A DNA stretch of 64,000 nucleotides from assembly GCA_019828565.1 (NCBI GenBank), contig JAHDYR010000005.1, forward strand, positions 521,200 through 585,199, in the 5' to 3' direction. This DNA is from Carpediemonas membranifera BICM. Lineage: Eukaryota; Protista; Fornicata. This document shows positions 31,555 through 42,493 of the stretch, in pieces. Below the pieces are notes generated by a model. The model was given only the letters and a program-made list of their open reading frames with translations. It searched no databases and was not told the DNA's origin. Within the stretch, counting starts at the first letter, position 1; the number at the start of each line of letters is the position of its first letter. The position numbers were made by a program, and so were the translations under genes.

Positions 31555-33114
31555 ATGAAGACTCATCTTTCCCCTGAACAAAAGAGAGAAGCACTCATTG
31601 AGTCGCTTACAAGTGCCAAGACAACACTGGGCGCCATCGACAGCGCTCTCAAGAGCGTCGCACTTCGTCATGAGAAGTCCATTTCGGGCCTGCAACGCGA
31701 GGTCACGATGCTGCGCTCCGAAAACTCCCGTCTGAGCTTTACAGACGTATCCTCCGCCCCTTCTGAGTGCGATAGCGTCCTCTCCGAGATGTCATCGCTT
31801 CGCCAAGAGCTTAACTCGGCTCGTGCCCGGGAAACCGTCATTATCCGGCGCCACGACCTCGAAGTGCAGGCCCTCACTAGTCGCATCGAGGAACTGACCG
31901 AGGAGATCGCCAGCTACTCCCTCGTCGGCGGCAAGAGCAGCAAGAGCGAGCCGAAGCCTGCCGACGTTGCCGCCATCGCCGCGGGGATCAGCACGCAGTA
32001 CGAGCAGGAGCTCAATAAGCTCAAGGCTCTTAACTACGCCAACATGCAGCGCTGGCACCGTGAGCGTAACGACCTCCTCGCCCGCATCGACGAGCTCGAG
32101 GCCGAGTTCGAGCAGGGCGCCCTCATCGGCGGCAAGGGCAACGCTGCTGTCACGGCCCACGTGAAGCCCACCATCCGGGAGTCCTCGACCCCCACGATGG
32201 ACAAGGCGACGTTGGACCTCAAGAAGAAGCTCGCCGCCGTGGAGAAGGAGAACGCCTTCCTCCGCAACGAGCTCAAGAACAACACCGTCGTCCACAACCA
32301 CGAGCTGTCCCGGCTCAACATGGCCCTCGAGGTCGCCCAGGACGAGGTCGAAGCCCTTCGCGGCGAGAGGGACACCGTCGCACTCACCGCCATGCGCGCC
32401 ATCGAGAACCACGCGCCCTCTCCCAAGCCTGCGCCCTGCTCCGGATGCGATAGCGAGCGGGACGAGCTCCTCAATCTCCGCCGCCTGCTGGCCGACGAAC
32501 GGACTGCCCACGCGGCCCAGGTGGGCAAGCTGCGCCGCCAGCTGGACGCGATGGAGAACAGCATCACGGTCCACACGACGTCCAAGTTCCACCCCATGGA
32601 CGTCGACGAGAAGGCCCAGCTGACGCAACTGCTCGACACTGAGCGGGCCAGCCACGCAGCGGCCATTGCCAGACTCAACCGCTCAGTTGATGACCTCACT
32701 GCGGAGAACGAGGCGCTCAAGGAGGACGCGCGGGTCGGGCAGATGGTGTCGCCCGCGTCGTACAAGCAGCTGGAGCACCGCGCCCAGTTGGCTGAGGGCA
32801 TCGCGGAGAACGCACTCAAGAACCTCAACGACGAGCGGGTGAAGACGTCAGCCACCATCCGCCGTCTCCAGGCCCAGCTCGAGGAGGCCGAGTCGAGCGG
32901 GTACGACACAGCCGGCGACGACGAGCGACTCGTCGTCCTGAGGAAGAAGGTCAGCGAGTACAAGGGCAGGATCGTCGCCATGCAGCAGGACCTCACTGCC
33001 GCCCGGGCCCTGGCCGCGATGCGGACGGAGGAGCTGCGCCGCAGGGACGTCGAGATGCTCCACGCCAAACGCCGGTGGGAGAGCGAGATGGAGCTCCTCG
33101 TGGGGTCTTCGTAA
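31555..33114 (+). CDS. Coiled-coil protein of unknown function
   Basis: 519-aa ORF rich in heptads and E/L/A/R, with an internal duplication (LLADERTAHAAQVGKL / LLDTERASHAAAIARL). Confidence 0.8.
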   Translation: MKTHLSPEQKREALIESLTSAKTTLGAIDSALKSVALRHEKSISGLQREVTMLRSENSRLSFTDVSSAPSECDSVLSEMSSLRQELNSARARETVIIRRHDLEVQALTSRIEELTEEIASYSLVGGKSSKSEPKPADVAAIAAGISTQYEQELNKLKALNYANMQRWHRERNDLLARIDELEAEFEQGALIGGKGNAAVTAHVKPTIRESSTPTMDKATLDLKKKLAAVEKENAFLRNELKNNTVVHNHELSRLNMALEVAQDEVEALRGERDTVALTAMRAIENHAPSPKPAPCSGCDSERDELLNLRRLLADERTAHAAQVGKLRRQLDAMENSITVHTTSKFHPMDVDEKAQLTQLLDTERASHAAAIARLNRSVDDLTAENEALKEDARVGQMVSPASYKQLEHRAQLAEGIAENALKNLNDERVKTSATIRRLQAQLEEAESSGYDTAGDDERLVVLRKKVSEYKGRIVAMQQDLTAARALAAMRTEELRRRDVEMLHAKRRWESEMELLVGSS

Positions 33115-33325
33115 ATGACTGATGATCAACAGATGAATGGTGTGTGTCTGGAAGGAAACTGTGACGACAGGGGGACCGTGAAGGAACTGAGCTGCAGCCG
33201 CGTTAGGCGGCCACACTGACGATTTTCTCTTATGAACCGCGGCATCAGCGACCTCGATGTGTCGACGGTGTGTCGCAGTCACGGAGTCGAAAATTCCAGC
33301 AAAATTCGAGAGCAGAAGCAAGAAA

Positions 33326-34381
33326 ATGTACCGCGCTCACGATATCCTCGGTCGCAGAACCACACACACTACACACGCATTCGGGCAAAATGGCGGCTCT
33401 CTATATGGTGCCTCTAAGCTCCCAGCGAAGAATGGCGACATGCAGTCCAAGTACGGCGTGAAACCCGCTCCATTCGGCACAAATAACGCCGCGCACATCA
33501 TAGAAGCCAAGAAAGACGCCCCTGCCGAGAAGGCTCCCGTGAAGTCCACCGTCGTCGACGCTCTCAACTCGAACGACCTGGAAGACATCGACCTCGTCGA
33601 CCAGGGCAACCCCCTGGCTGTCCCCGTATACGTCAAGGAGATCTACGCGTACCTCAGGCAGCAGGAGAAGTCCGACGAGTACCGGGTTGCGGCCGACTTC
33701 ATCACCCGCCAACCGTCCATCGACAGCGGCAAGAGGGCCGCCTGCATTGACTGGATGGTGGACGCCCACAGCCGCCTCAAGCTCGCTAACGAGTCGATCT
33801 TCCTCGCTGTCAACATCCTCGACAGATTCCTGGCCAAGAAGCAGGTTGCCGAGGCCAAGCTCCAGCTCGTCGGCACCACCTCTCTCTGGCTCGCCTCCAA
33901 GTTCGAGGAGAGCTACACACCCTCGGTCCGTTCGTTCGTTCGCCTGGCTCCTGGGGTCGACCAGAAGTCGATGTTCTCCATGGAGCGCATGCTGCTCAAG
34001 GTCACGGGCTTCAACCTCTCGAACCCCACGTCCATCACCTTCCTCCGCCGCTTCGCCAAGGTCGCCGATATGTCGACCCGCGACAGATACCTCGCCTTCT
34101 ACCTCGCTGAGCTCGCCAACCAGGAGGCCGGCATGGTCAAGTACCTCCCCTCCGAGGTCGCCGCCGGCTGTGTGATGCTGGCTCACAAGATTGTCCGCAG
34201 GCCAGCAGTGTGGACACCTCTCCTGACCAAGTACAGCGGCTACAGCCAGGACGACCTCAGCGCCGTCGTCAACGACCTCAAGGGCATCGTCAACCGTGTG
34301 CCCAGCAGCGGGCTCAAGGGCATCTACCGCAAGTACAGCGGCGACCGGTACGTCCAGGTCTCGCGCCTCATCTCGTATTAA
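33326..34381 (+). CDS. Mitotic B-type cyclin
   Basis: Cyclin box: YVKEIYAYLR, RAACIDWMVDAH, LAVNILDRFL, LQLVG...LASKFEE, FLRRFAK, PSEVAA. First ATG at 33326. Confidence 0.92.
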   Translation: MYRAHDILGRRTTHTTHAFGQNGGSLYGASKLPAKNGDMQSKYGVKPAPFGTNNAAHIIEAKKDAPAEKAPVKSTVVDALNSNDLEDIDLVDQGNPLAVPVYVKEIYAYLRQQEKSDEYRVAADFITRQPSIDSGKRAACIDWMVDAHSRLKLANESIFLAVNILDRFLAKKQVAEAKLQLVGTTSLWLASKFEESYTPSVRSFVRLAPGVDQKSMFSMERMLLKVTGFNLSNPTSITFLRRFAKVADMSTRDRYLAFYLAELANQEAGMVKYLPSEVAAGCVMLAHKIVRRPAVWTPLLTKYSGYSQDDLSAVVNDLKGIVNRVPSSGLKGIYRKYSGDRYVQVSRLISY

Positions 34382-34481
34382 TGGGAGTAATTAGGCGACC
34401 ATGCTGTTGTACGGCTGGTCTTTAATAAACTAGTATAAATAAATCGACCCCACCGGTTATACGATCGCATTGCACGCCTCT

Positions 34482-36815
34482 TTAATCAATCATGTACTGC
34501 AACACGCTCATGTCATCGTCACTGCGCTTGATGTACTCGTGATCAATGAGGTGCTCGAGACGGCCCTTCACCGCCTCGATGTCGACAGGGTTGAACCCGC
34601 CGTCAGCCACCATCCGCTGCACGCTGTCCACGACGGCGTCCATGGGGAGCCCGGCCGTCTCCTTCTTGAGCAGCTTGATCACAAACACATCGATGCGGGT
34701 GTCCCGGAAAGAGTCGTCTGTTGCCCGCCGCTGCTGCCGGCCGGCCGCCGGCTTGGGCTCAGGTGTAACATCCGCCTCGGTGATGAGGTTGACGGGGCCG
34801 CCTGTGTACCCGTCATTCAGGGCAAGATTGGCCCCACGCCGCATGACGACACCCGCATCGATCAGAGGCGCCACTGCTGCCATAAACTGCACTTCAGTCA
34901 CGCCGACAGCGGCGATGGCCTCCTTGAGCCCAATCGCGGGGACTGGCCCGAGCAACATGAGGATGAGGCCCGCGAGCAGGGGGCAGCGGACGGTCGTCTC
35001 GGCCCCGCCCAGGGTGAGGGCGAGATCGACAGTGCTCTCCTCGGCGCTGAACTCGAGCTTGTGGGTCGGGTGCCCGGCCGTGTGGATCGCCTCGAACGTC
35101 TTGTGGGCGGCCAGGAGGTCGTCCGGCAGCGTCGGCGCCAGGGCGTCGGGCAGGCCCCAGTGAGTCTGGTTCACGGCCACCATAGTCACGACGTCCTTGA
35201 GGTGGGGCGGCAGGGCGTCTCTCAGTGGCTGGGCGAGCACCTCGGCGTCGTCGACGTCCTCCTGCATGGCCTCGAGACGCTCGGTGTACGACTCGCCGCA
35301 CTCCTGTTTGAGTGAGGAGATCACGAGCGCCTCGATGTCCCCGTTGGACCTCTCGCCCCCCAGCAGCCGGCGTCTCATCGCGGAGCCGAACTCCTTCTCG
35401 AACATGTCCTTGTCCTCCAGGCGCCGGAAGATGGCGATCACAAGCCGCACGTGCGTCTGTATGTCTACACCGGGGTTGATCGCGGCCTTCGGGTTCGAAG
35501 CTGTCAGCAGGTGATCGAGGTGGGTTGCGACAGCACCGAGCACGATGTCCTGGTGCCGGAGAACCGCCTCACCCACCGCACCGCGGAGCCGGGAGAGCAC
35601 AGCGCTGTTGCCGCCGAAGCACCTGCTGGCGATGTGGGCCGCCTGGTGCAGGGCGGCGGTCGTCCTGAGCACGAGCTCGTCGGCGGCCAGACTCGCGGCG
35701 GCGATGGCGCTGACCCGGTCAACGGTGATGTTGAACAGCGTCTGCAGCAGGGCGGCGTTGCTGACGCCCATGAGGCGGCCGAGGGCGGTCATGGGGGGCT
35801 CCATGGCAGCGTCACCCTCGAACAGGGCGTCGACCATTGCCCGGAACGACGGCGCCTCGAGCAGCTCGGCCGTGCGGCGGGTTATGAGGACGTCGAGGAC
35901 GACAGCCCTGATGTCTGCGGTGATCCGGGGCGACCCGATGATCTCGTCCACGAGACCGGACTCGAAGTCGAGCACCCGCACCGCCTCGAGGTAGAAGGCC
36001 GCGCCAGGGTGGGCAGCGACCATGGCCTCGAGGGCAGCGGTGTAGTACTCTGCCGTATGGGCGGCGAGGGTTGCCTCGAGCTGGGAGTCGAGGAAGCCGA
36101 GGGCCGTAGCCATGTCGAAGATGAGCTGTAGCTGCTGGACTAGGTCCGCCTGGCCAGCCCCACCCTTGCGGGCCTCGGAGAGGAGGGGCAGGACCGACCC
36201 TACAAGGACGGAGAAGGAGGCCCGGGGCATGACGGCGTCGCGGAATGCGGCGATGCACAAGGCCAGGACAGTGGGACCGGGCATCATGTCAAGGTGGGCG
36301 AACACGGCGCACACGGTCTTCGTCAGCCGCTTGTACCGCGCCCACATGGCGGCGAGGTTGCGGACGGTAGCGGCGGGGGTTGTGGGGGTGTGGGCTGAGG
36401 CGACGTCACGGGCATGTTGTACCATGCAGGCAGAGAGATCGTCGCATAGTCTGGAGTGGAACCCGCAGCGGCATATGTGGACGACAGTATCGTAGAGCAT
36501 GGCGCAGGGCTGCTTGGTGATGGACGACAGGTCCGTCTGTGTGGCGGTCAGTATGGCCTTCAGATTGGCCCAGGACTCGGAGTAATAGTCCACAGATGGC
36601 ATAGGCGGAAGAATATCATTGACTGAAGGGTCAAAAGCAACCAGGAGGCCCTGGTTTTGGGACAAATTGAAAGAGCCGATCTCCGTCTGGAAGAGGACGG
36701 AGGGAGAGGACTGCATCTTGCGCTTCGTGACATACCCGGAATCAAGAAGGTTGGATTGCTTTCGTACTTTGCCCTTTGTCGCTTTTTGCATTAAACGCTT
36801 GAGCCCTTTTGCCAT
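34482..36815 (-). CDS. Cullin (divergent, CUL3/4-like)
   Basis: LEDKDMFEKEF...RRLL, LKQECGESYTERLEAMQED, and a C-terminal neddylation/winged-helix domain (IDVFVIKLLKK...LEHLIDHEYIKR). Confidence 0.88.
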   Translation of the reverse strand: MAKGLKRLMQKATKGKVRKQSNLLDSGYVTKRKMQSSPSVLFQTEIGSFNLSQNQGLLVAFDPSVNDILPPMPSVDYYSESWANLKAILTATQTDLSSITKQPCAMLYDTVVHICRCGFHSRLCDDLSACMVQHARDVASAHTPTTPAATVRNLAAMWARYKRLTKTVCAVFAHLDMMPGPTVLALCIAAFRDAVMPRASFSVLVGSVLPLLSEARKGGAGQADLVQQLQLIFDMATALGFLDSQLEATLAAHTAEYYTAALEAMVAAHPGAAFYLEAVRVLDFESGLVDEIIGSPRITADIRAVVLDVLITRRTAELLEAPSFRAMVDALFEGDAAMEPPMTALGRLMGVSNAALLQTLFNITVDRVSAIAAASLAADELVLRTTAALHQAAHIASRCFGGNSAVLSRLRGAVGEAVLRHQDIVLGAVATHLDHLLTASNPKAAINPGVDIQTHVRLVIAIFRRLEDKDMFEKEFGSAMRRRLLGGERSNGDIEALVISSLKQECGESYTERLEAMQEDVDDAEVLAQPLRDALPPHLKDVVTMVAVNQTHWGLPDALAPTLPDDLLAAHKTFEAIHTAGHPTHKLEFSAEESTVDLALTLGGAETTVRCPLLAGLILMLLGPVPAIGLKEAIAAVGVTEVQFMAAVAPLIDAGVVMRRGANLALNDGYTGGPVNLITEADVTPEPKPAAGRQQRRATDDSFRDTRIDVFVIKLLKKETAGLPMDAVVDSVQRMVADGGFNPVDIEAVKGRLEHLIDHEYIKRSDDDMSVLQYMID

Positions 36816-36950
36816 TATCGCTTAAGCTGCGAAAATGGACAGCGACCAACGTCACCTGGCTGTACCACCGTCAACCTGTCCATCACACCTCACGCTCAGA
36901 TTTTGACATGTGCAAAACCCGCCCGACAAAACCTTGTGTCAACCGAGCCA

Positions 36951-39600
36951 ATGGCCGCAGATAACTACTTCTCAACCACCAAACGTGGTGAGCTGCAGGT
37001 ATGTTTCGCCTAGGACACTGTTTATGCAGGAATGGCGTGATGAGCTGAATAGCAACAACAGCAATAACACGAAGATCCGCGAGACGCTCAAGAAGATCAT
37101 CGCTGGCATGACTGTCGGCAAGGATGTCTCTTCCCTCTTCTCCGATGTCCTCAAAACTATTCAGACCGACGATATGGAGCGCAAGAAGCTTGTATATTTG
37201 TACCTCATTAACTATGCCAAGACCAACCCCGACCTTGCCATTCTCGCCGTTAACACGTTCGTCAACGACGCCACTGACCGCAACCACCCCCTGCTCCGTG
37301 CGCTGGCCCTCCGCACGATGTCCTGCATCCGTGTGGAGTCCATCACGGAGTATCTGTCGGAGCCCCTCCGCCTGGGGCTCGAGGACACAGACCCGTACGT
37401 CAGGAAGACCGCCGCCCTCGCTGTCGCCAAGCTGTTCTCGATCGACCCCGAACTCTGCCGGGACCACTTCATGGAGCCGCTGAAGGGCCTACTGCGGGAC
37501 TCAAACCAGATGGTCGTCAGCAATGCCGTCGCCGCACTCACCGACATCACCCAGCAGGCCCGGGAGACGGTGTGGGCCGTCGACAAGGAGATGGCGGACA
37601 CGCTGCTCACTGCCCTGACTGAGTGCAACGAGTGGGGCCAGTCGTACATCCTCGACGGGCTCGCCACCTTCGCCCCGCAGTCCGTGGAGGACGCCGAGAT
37701 GGTCGCCGAGCGGGTGTGCTCCCGTCTGCAGCACGCCAACAGCGCCGTGGTTCTCTCAGCCATCCGGGTCCTCGTCCGACTCACCCGAGGCGGGGCCGAC
37801 TTCCCCACGATGGCGCCGGAGAAGGCCCAGGAGTTCCTCCGCCGGGCCCGCGCCCCCATTGTGTCGCTGCTGACGTCCCCGCCCGAGATACAGTACGTCG
37901 TCCTCAGGAACGTGCCGCTGCTGCTGTCAGTGTGCCCCGACATGTTTGCCGCGGATGCCCGGGTGTTCTTCTGCCGCTACAACGACCCCTCGTACGTCAA
38001 GGTCGAAAAGCTTGAGATCCTCTCCCGACTGGCCTCGGACCAGAATATCGACACTATTTTAGCGGAGTTTAAGGAGTACTCCCAGGAGGTCGACGTCGAC
38101 TTCGTCCGGAAGACCATCCAGACGATCGGCAGATGCGCTATAGCCCTCGAGCAGTCCGCCAACAAGTGTATGGCCGTCCTGCTCGAGCTGGTCGCGACCA
38201 AGGTCTCCTACGTCGTCCAGGAGGCCATCGTCGTCATGAAGGATGTGTTCCGGCGCTACCCCTCCCGGTTTGAGGAGGCCATTGCCCGCCTGGCTGAACA
38301 CCTAGACTCGCTCGACGAGCCCGATGCCAAGGCGTCTCTCGTGTGGATAGTCGGTGAGTACTCGGACCGCATCGACAACGCCGACGACCTGCTCGACTGG
38401 TTCATGGACACCATCGCCGAGGAGCAGCCGACAGTGCAGTTCCAGCTGCTGACGGCCGTCGTCAAGCTGTACCTCAACCGGCCGGCCGAGTCGACCCAGG
38501 CGATGCTGCACTCCGTGCTCGAATACGTCACGGAGAAGGCCGACGACCCCGACCTCAGAGACCGCGGCTTCCTCTACTGGCGCATGCTGTCGGCCGACAA
38601 TGGGTTTGAGATGGCTCGCCGGATTGTCCTCGCTGAGAGGCCGACGCTCAACGCCAAGCCCCACGAGCTCAACGAGACCCTGCGGGAGGAGCTCCTCAAG
38701 CACTTCGGGTCCCTCGCGTCGGTCTATCAGCGTCCCGCCGCGTCGTTCACGCTCGTCGCACAGCCCCAGGACGACAGCGACAGCGACAGCGAAGAGGAAT
38801 CCGACGAGGAGTCCGAGGAGGAGTCCGCCCCCGCCCAGACCCAGGAGGTCGACAACCTCGCCGACCTGCTCGGCGGCATCACCACCGCCGCCCCTCCCGC
38901 CACCACGGCCCCTGCAGCCCGCACGTTCAAGGACACCAAGCTCGCTGGTGTCGTCGCACCCGCCAACGGCAAGACCCTCGCTGTCATGGCCGGCTTCGGG
39001 CCCAGCAACGGCAAGCCCGCCCTCAAGGTGGCCGTGAAGAACATGGGGCAGGCTCACATCAGCGGGTTCCAGGTGCAGTTTAACAAGAACCCGTTCGGAA
39101 TGGTGCCCGAGAGCATGGCGATGGGCGTCCCCGGGGACAGCCTCGCGCCCGGCGCCGTCTCCACGGTTGCTGTTCCATTCACATTCGCCGCTGCCCCGTT
39201 CACCGAGAACCCCCGCCTGCAAGTGGCCGTCAAGACCAGCGAGGGCGTGGCCATGTTCGCCATCGACGTGCCGCTGCACTTCATCGCCGAGCCCGTCCCC
39301 ATGGACGCCGCCAGCATCCTCGCCGCTTGGCAGGCCGCTGGGAACGAGGACCGTGCGATCGTGCCCTGTCCCAAGTCCGGTGCTGAGGTCTGCTCCCTGC
39401 TGAACGAGGCTGGGATCCACGCCGTCGCCGAGGGTGACTCCATCCTGACGTCTGCCTCCCTCCCCAACGGCACCGAGGGCCGTGTGCCCTGGGTTTGCAG
39501 GGCCATGGTCAAGGCCGGTCAAATGGCCGTCGCCTCGAGAGGTGGGCACACTGGTCTCAGTTCGGCTGTGACGAGCACGATGAACGCAATTCTGGGGTAA
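36951..39600 (+). CDS. AP-1/AP-2 complex beta subunit (beta-adaptin); intron at 36999-37029
   Basis: Splicing a 31-nt GT..AG intron gives MAADNYFSTTKRGELQEWRDELN, matching the conserved beta-adaptin start. KKIIAGMTVGKDVS, KKLVYLYL, DPYVRKTAA, DPDLRDRG; hinge and ear domain. Confidence 0.95.
36999..37029 (+). other. 31-nt spliceosomal intron
   Basis: GTATGT...TTTATGCAG; removal restores the reading frame and the conserved N-terminus. Confidence 0.9.
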
Positions 39601-39671
39601 ATGTTATGAAGATCATGACGGAAAGTTTGAAAGTTTAAATAATGAAAACTGGGCCGCCAAGTGGTCCCTGC

Positions 39672-40205
39672 TTACAAGAGACGCTCGGGGAACGTGCAGC
39701 CGCGGTCAGGATCGCGCACCACGGCAGTGATGACGCCGTCGATCCCCTTGAGATAGAGGGGTCTGGTGGAAGATGGGACCGGGGCCGGTTTCTTCGTTGC
39801 CCTGCTCGCCATGGCCTGAGCAGAGAGTAGCTGGGGCCGTTCCTGGGCAGCCCACCGCCTGCCGTGCTCATCGTCCAGCTCCTTCGTTCCAGAGAGGTTG
39901 AACTGTCGACAGAGCGCAGCACGCATCTTTTGCAACCGAGATGCAACATGTTCACGCGTCAAACCATCCACGTCCATAGTCATAAGAATTGTTGTTGGCG
40001 TTGCAGACCGAACACCAAGCTGAAGGGCGGCCATTTCGAAGCGTGTGATGAGTTCTTTTGTCCAAACAATGCGATGGCGGATTTTCGAACCCTCACTGTT
40101 TGTTGGCGATGAAGCTCCTGAGCGATAAGCGTCTTGCATTGGTTTGTTTGAGAGAGATTGTCGACGGAGGGATCCAACGTCCTGAGATTCTCCCTTAATC
40201 CTCAC
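39672..40205 (-). CDS. GARP/SHAQKYF-class Myb-like transcription factor (start uncertain; first ATG at 40139)
   Basis: RIVWTKELITRF..A..QLGV.SATP..IL..M.VDGLTREHVASRLQKMR matches the GARP DNA-binding motif. Confidence 0.85.
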   Translation of the reverse strand: MRIKGESQDVGSLRRQSLSNKPMQDAYRSGASSPTNSEGSKIRHRIVWTKELITRFEMAALQLGVRSATPTTILMTMDVDGLTREHVASRLQKMRAALCRQFNLSGTKELDDEHGRRWAAQERPQLLSAQAMASRATKKPAPVPSSTRPLYLKGIDGVITAVVRDPDRGCTFPERLL

Positions 40206-40539
40206 GATCGGGCGAGATTATTGACCCTGCTCATCAGATAAAGTGAAACCTGATCCAACAGAGGTCGGGGGTATAATGACCGGCATTCTATGCGGCACAG
40301 TGCGCGGCAGGGGCCAGTATCCCGGCCCTACGCATTCTTAGCCTCACGGCAGGGCAAAATCAACAAGATTATCGACATCTGGCGTCTGATCATAAAACAT
40401 CCACCCACATAATATGGCATGCCATGAGGTCCATGCCATCTCCTGGCCATATTGGCAAAGCGTGTCAATGGTTTTTTATGCATCACCGGATCAGATCAGT
40501 CTGAAAAAAACACCGCGACTTTACTATCTACAACGAGGT

Positions 40540-42240
40540 CTAGCGCCTGGTCTTGCGGCCTCCCCCGAACCCACGGCCCCCGCTGGCCTGGGCCATGAAG
40601 GGGTTGGCCGAGTTGGACGACGTCGAGGGCGGTGGGGCGCCGAACCCTCCCGGGGCAGGTGAGGGCGCTGCCCCGAACGGTGTGCTCTGGCCGGGTGTGG
40701 CGCCGGGACCGAATGGCGAGGGGGCAGACGCGGCAGCGGGGCCAGAGGGGGCGAAGGGGTTTGAGGCGGGCTGGCCGAAGACAGAGCCTCCCGTTGGGGC
40801 GGGGGCGGGGGGTGCCGGCTGTCCGAAGGGCGATGGCTGGGCCGCGGGGGCTGAGGCGAAGGGGTTGGGCTTTGACTCCGGAGCCGGGGTGGGGCCACTG
40901 CCGAAGGCGAATGCGGAGGACGCCGGTGCTGCGGGCAGGCTGGGCTGTGGGGCAGGCTGCGAGGTGAAGCCGAACGTCGGCTTGGCATCCCCAGCAGGCT
41001 TGGCCTGACCACCGAACGCGAAGGCCGGGGCGTCCTTCTTGGGCTCGGGGGCAGCCTTGGCCCCGAATGAGAAGGCCGTGGCGGCGGGCTGGGTGGCGGG
41101 CTGGGACGTGAACCCGAACGTCGGCTTGTCCGCCGAGGTCGTCTCCTGGGTCGGCTTGGGCTGGCCTGAACCGAACGTGAAGCCTGCCTTTGGCGCCTCC
41201 TTGGGGGTTTCTGCGGGCTTAGCGCCTCCGAACGAGAAGGCTGGGACTTCTTTGGACTCGGCCTTCTGGGCCTCGGGTTGGACTGGCGCGGCGGGTTTGG
41301 CCGCTGCACCGAACGAGAAGGCAGGCTTTGGCGCCTCAGCGGGCTTCTCGGGGGCCTTCTCAGCGGGCTTGTCGGCGGGCTTCGAGCCAAAGGTGAACCC
41401 TGCAGAGGGTTTCTGGTCCCCATTCTTGGGCTTGGCACCGAACGAGAAGGCGGGGGCTGCCGCGGTGGGCTTGCCATCCTTCTCCTCGGGCTTTGCGGGC
41501 TGGCCAAATGCGAGCCCGGGCCTGGGGTCGGTCTTCTTGTCCTCGGCGGGCTGGGGCTTGGCGCCGAAGGAGAAGCCAGCGGGGGGAGCCGGGGCAGGGA
41601 CAGCCTTATCGTCGGCCTTCGTGTCGGGTGTGAATGCCACGCTCTTCTTGGCCGGTGCAAGCTCCTTCAGGACCGAGAAGCCGAGCGAGGGCACGTTGTC
41701 CTTGGTCCGGGGCGTCAGCTCGGGCGTCTTCGTCGGCCGCACGGGGGTTGCCTGCGTGCTAGCAGGGGCAGGGGCGGTAACCTGCACGGCGCTGTCGACC
41801 ATGACAGGCCGGGGCGTCTGGGACGACGGCTGGGGCGGGACGGGGGTGAAGGCCGCGGGAGAGCGCTCAACGGGCTCGGGTGCCCGCTTAGAGGTGATAA
41901 TTGGAGTTGCGGTCTCCTTCTCGATGTCGATCTCTGCCTCGAGGGCCTTGCGAGGACCTGCGGGCGATGCGATTGACTGAATGATCGAGCGCGCGGTGCC
42001 TGACATCAGAGCAGGCTGCCGACGGGCAAAAGATGATGCAGGAAGCTTGAACTTGTTTGGATCGAATCTCACCTTGGCGGAAACTTTGGGCGTCTTGCTG
42101 ATACGAACAATGCTAGAAGCAAGACGCTTGTGCTTCGTGTGCTTCGATTTCTTCTTCTTGATCGGCGGTTGCTGGGGGACTGCCATCTGCATGGGCACAT
42201 AATATCCGCCGTAGCCGTAACCGTAGCCTGGATATTGCAT
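40540..42240 (-). CDS. FG-repeat nucleoporin (Nup1/Nup153/Nsp1-like)
   Basis: Numerous FSFG, FTFG, AFG and PFG repeats with K/P/A/E spacers, and a basic C-terminus. First ATG at 42240 (MQYPGYG). Confidence 0.82.
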   Translation of the reverse strand: MQYPGYGYGYGGYYVPMQMAVPQQPPIKKKKSKHTKHKRLASSIVRISKTPKVSAKVRFDPNKFKLPASSFARRQPALMSGTARSIIQSIASPAGPRKALEAEIDIEKETATPIITSKRAPEPVERSPAAFTPVPPQPSSQTPRPVMVDSAVQVTAPAPASTQATPVRPTKTPELTPRTKDNVPSLGFSVLKELAPAKKSVAFTPDTKADDKAVPAPAPPAGFSFGAKPQPAEDKKTDPRPGLAFGQPAKPEEKDGKPTAAAPAFSFGAKPKNGDQKPSAGFTFGSKPADKPAEKAPEKPAEAPKPAFSFGAAAKPAAPVQPEAQKAESKEVPAFSFGGAKPAETPKEAPKAGFTFGSGQPKPTQETTSADKPTFGFTSQPATQPAATAFSFGAKAAPEPKKDAPAFAFGGQAKPAGDAKPTFGFTSQPAPQPSLPAAPASSAFAFGSGPTPAPESKPNPFASAPAAQPSPFGQPAPPAPAPTGGSVFGQPASNPFAPSGPAAASAPSPFGPGATPGQSTPFGAAPSPAPGGFGAPPPSTSSNSANPFMAQASGGRGFGGGRKTRR

Positions 42241-42273
42241 CGTTACCTTTTCGCACTTTAGGGTCAAACAATG

Positions 42274-42292
42274 TGTTTATACTGCGCAACAC
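42274..42292 (+). repeat. Left copy of the 19-bp subterminal direct repeat
   Basis: TGTTTATACTGCGCAACAC, identical to 43794-43812; both copies have AACAA just upstream. Confidence 0.9.
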
Positions 42293-42493
42293 TGCCCTGT
42301 CTCCCTCCTACTCACGTCTTAAGTCGGTAGGGGGATCGTCTTCTCCAGTGCTTCCACAAAGCGTCTTCTTCGTGGACGTCAGTACAGCTGCAAACATCAC
42401 AATCGCTCACACGTCGTCTCATTGTCTTCTATTCCACATTAAATTCACTTCTACACTTGTATATGCTGGTAATGGTGTTCATCGTCGGCTCAT

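Noticed and set aside
36719-36735. Possible mini-intron near the cullin 5' end (minus-strand GTATGT...ATGCAG)
   Set aside because: The 25-nt candidate would break an otherwise open frame, and nothing conserved supports it.
39598-39600. Alternative genetic code (TAA/TAG read as Gln, as in some diplomonads)
   Set aside because: Conserved genes end at TAA or TAG at the expected positions (beta-adaptin, cyclin, Nop56, UPRT), and long ORFs lack internal TAR codons.
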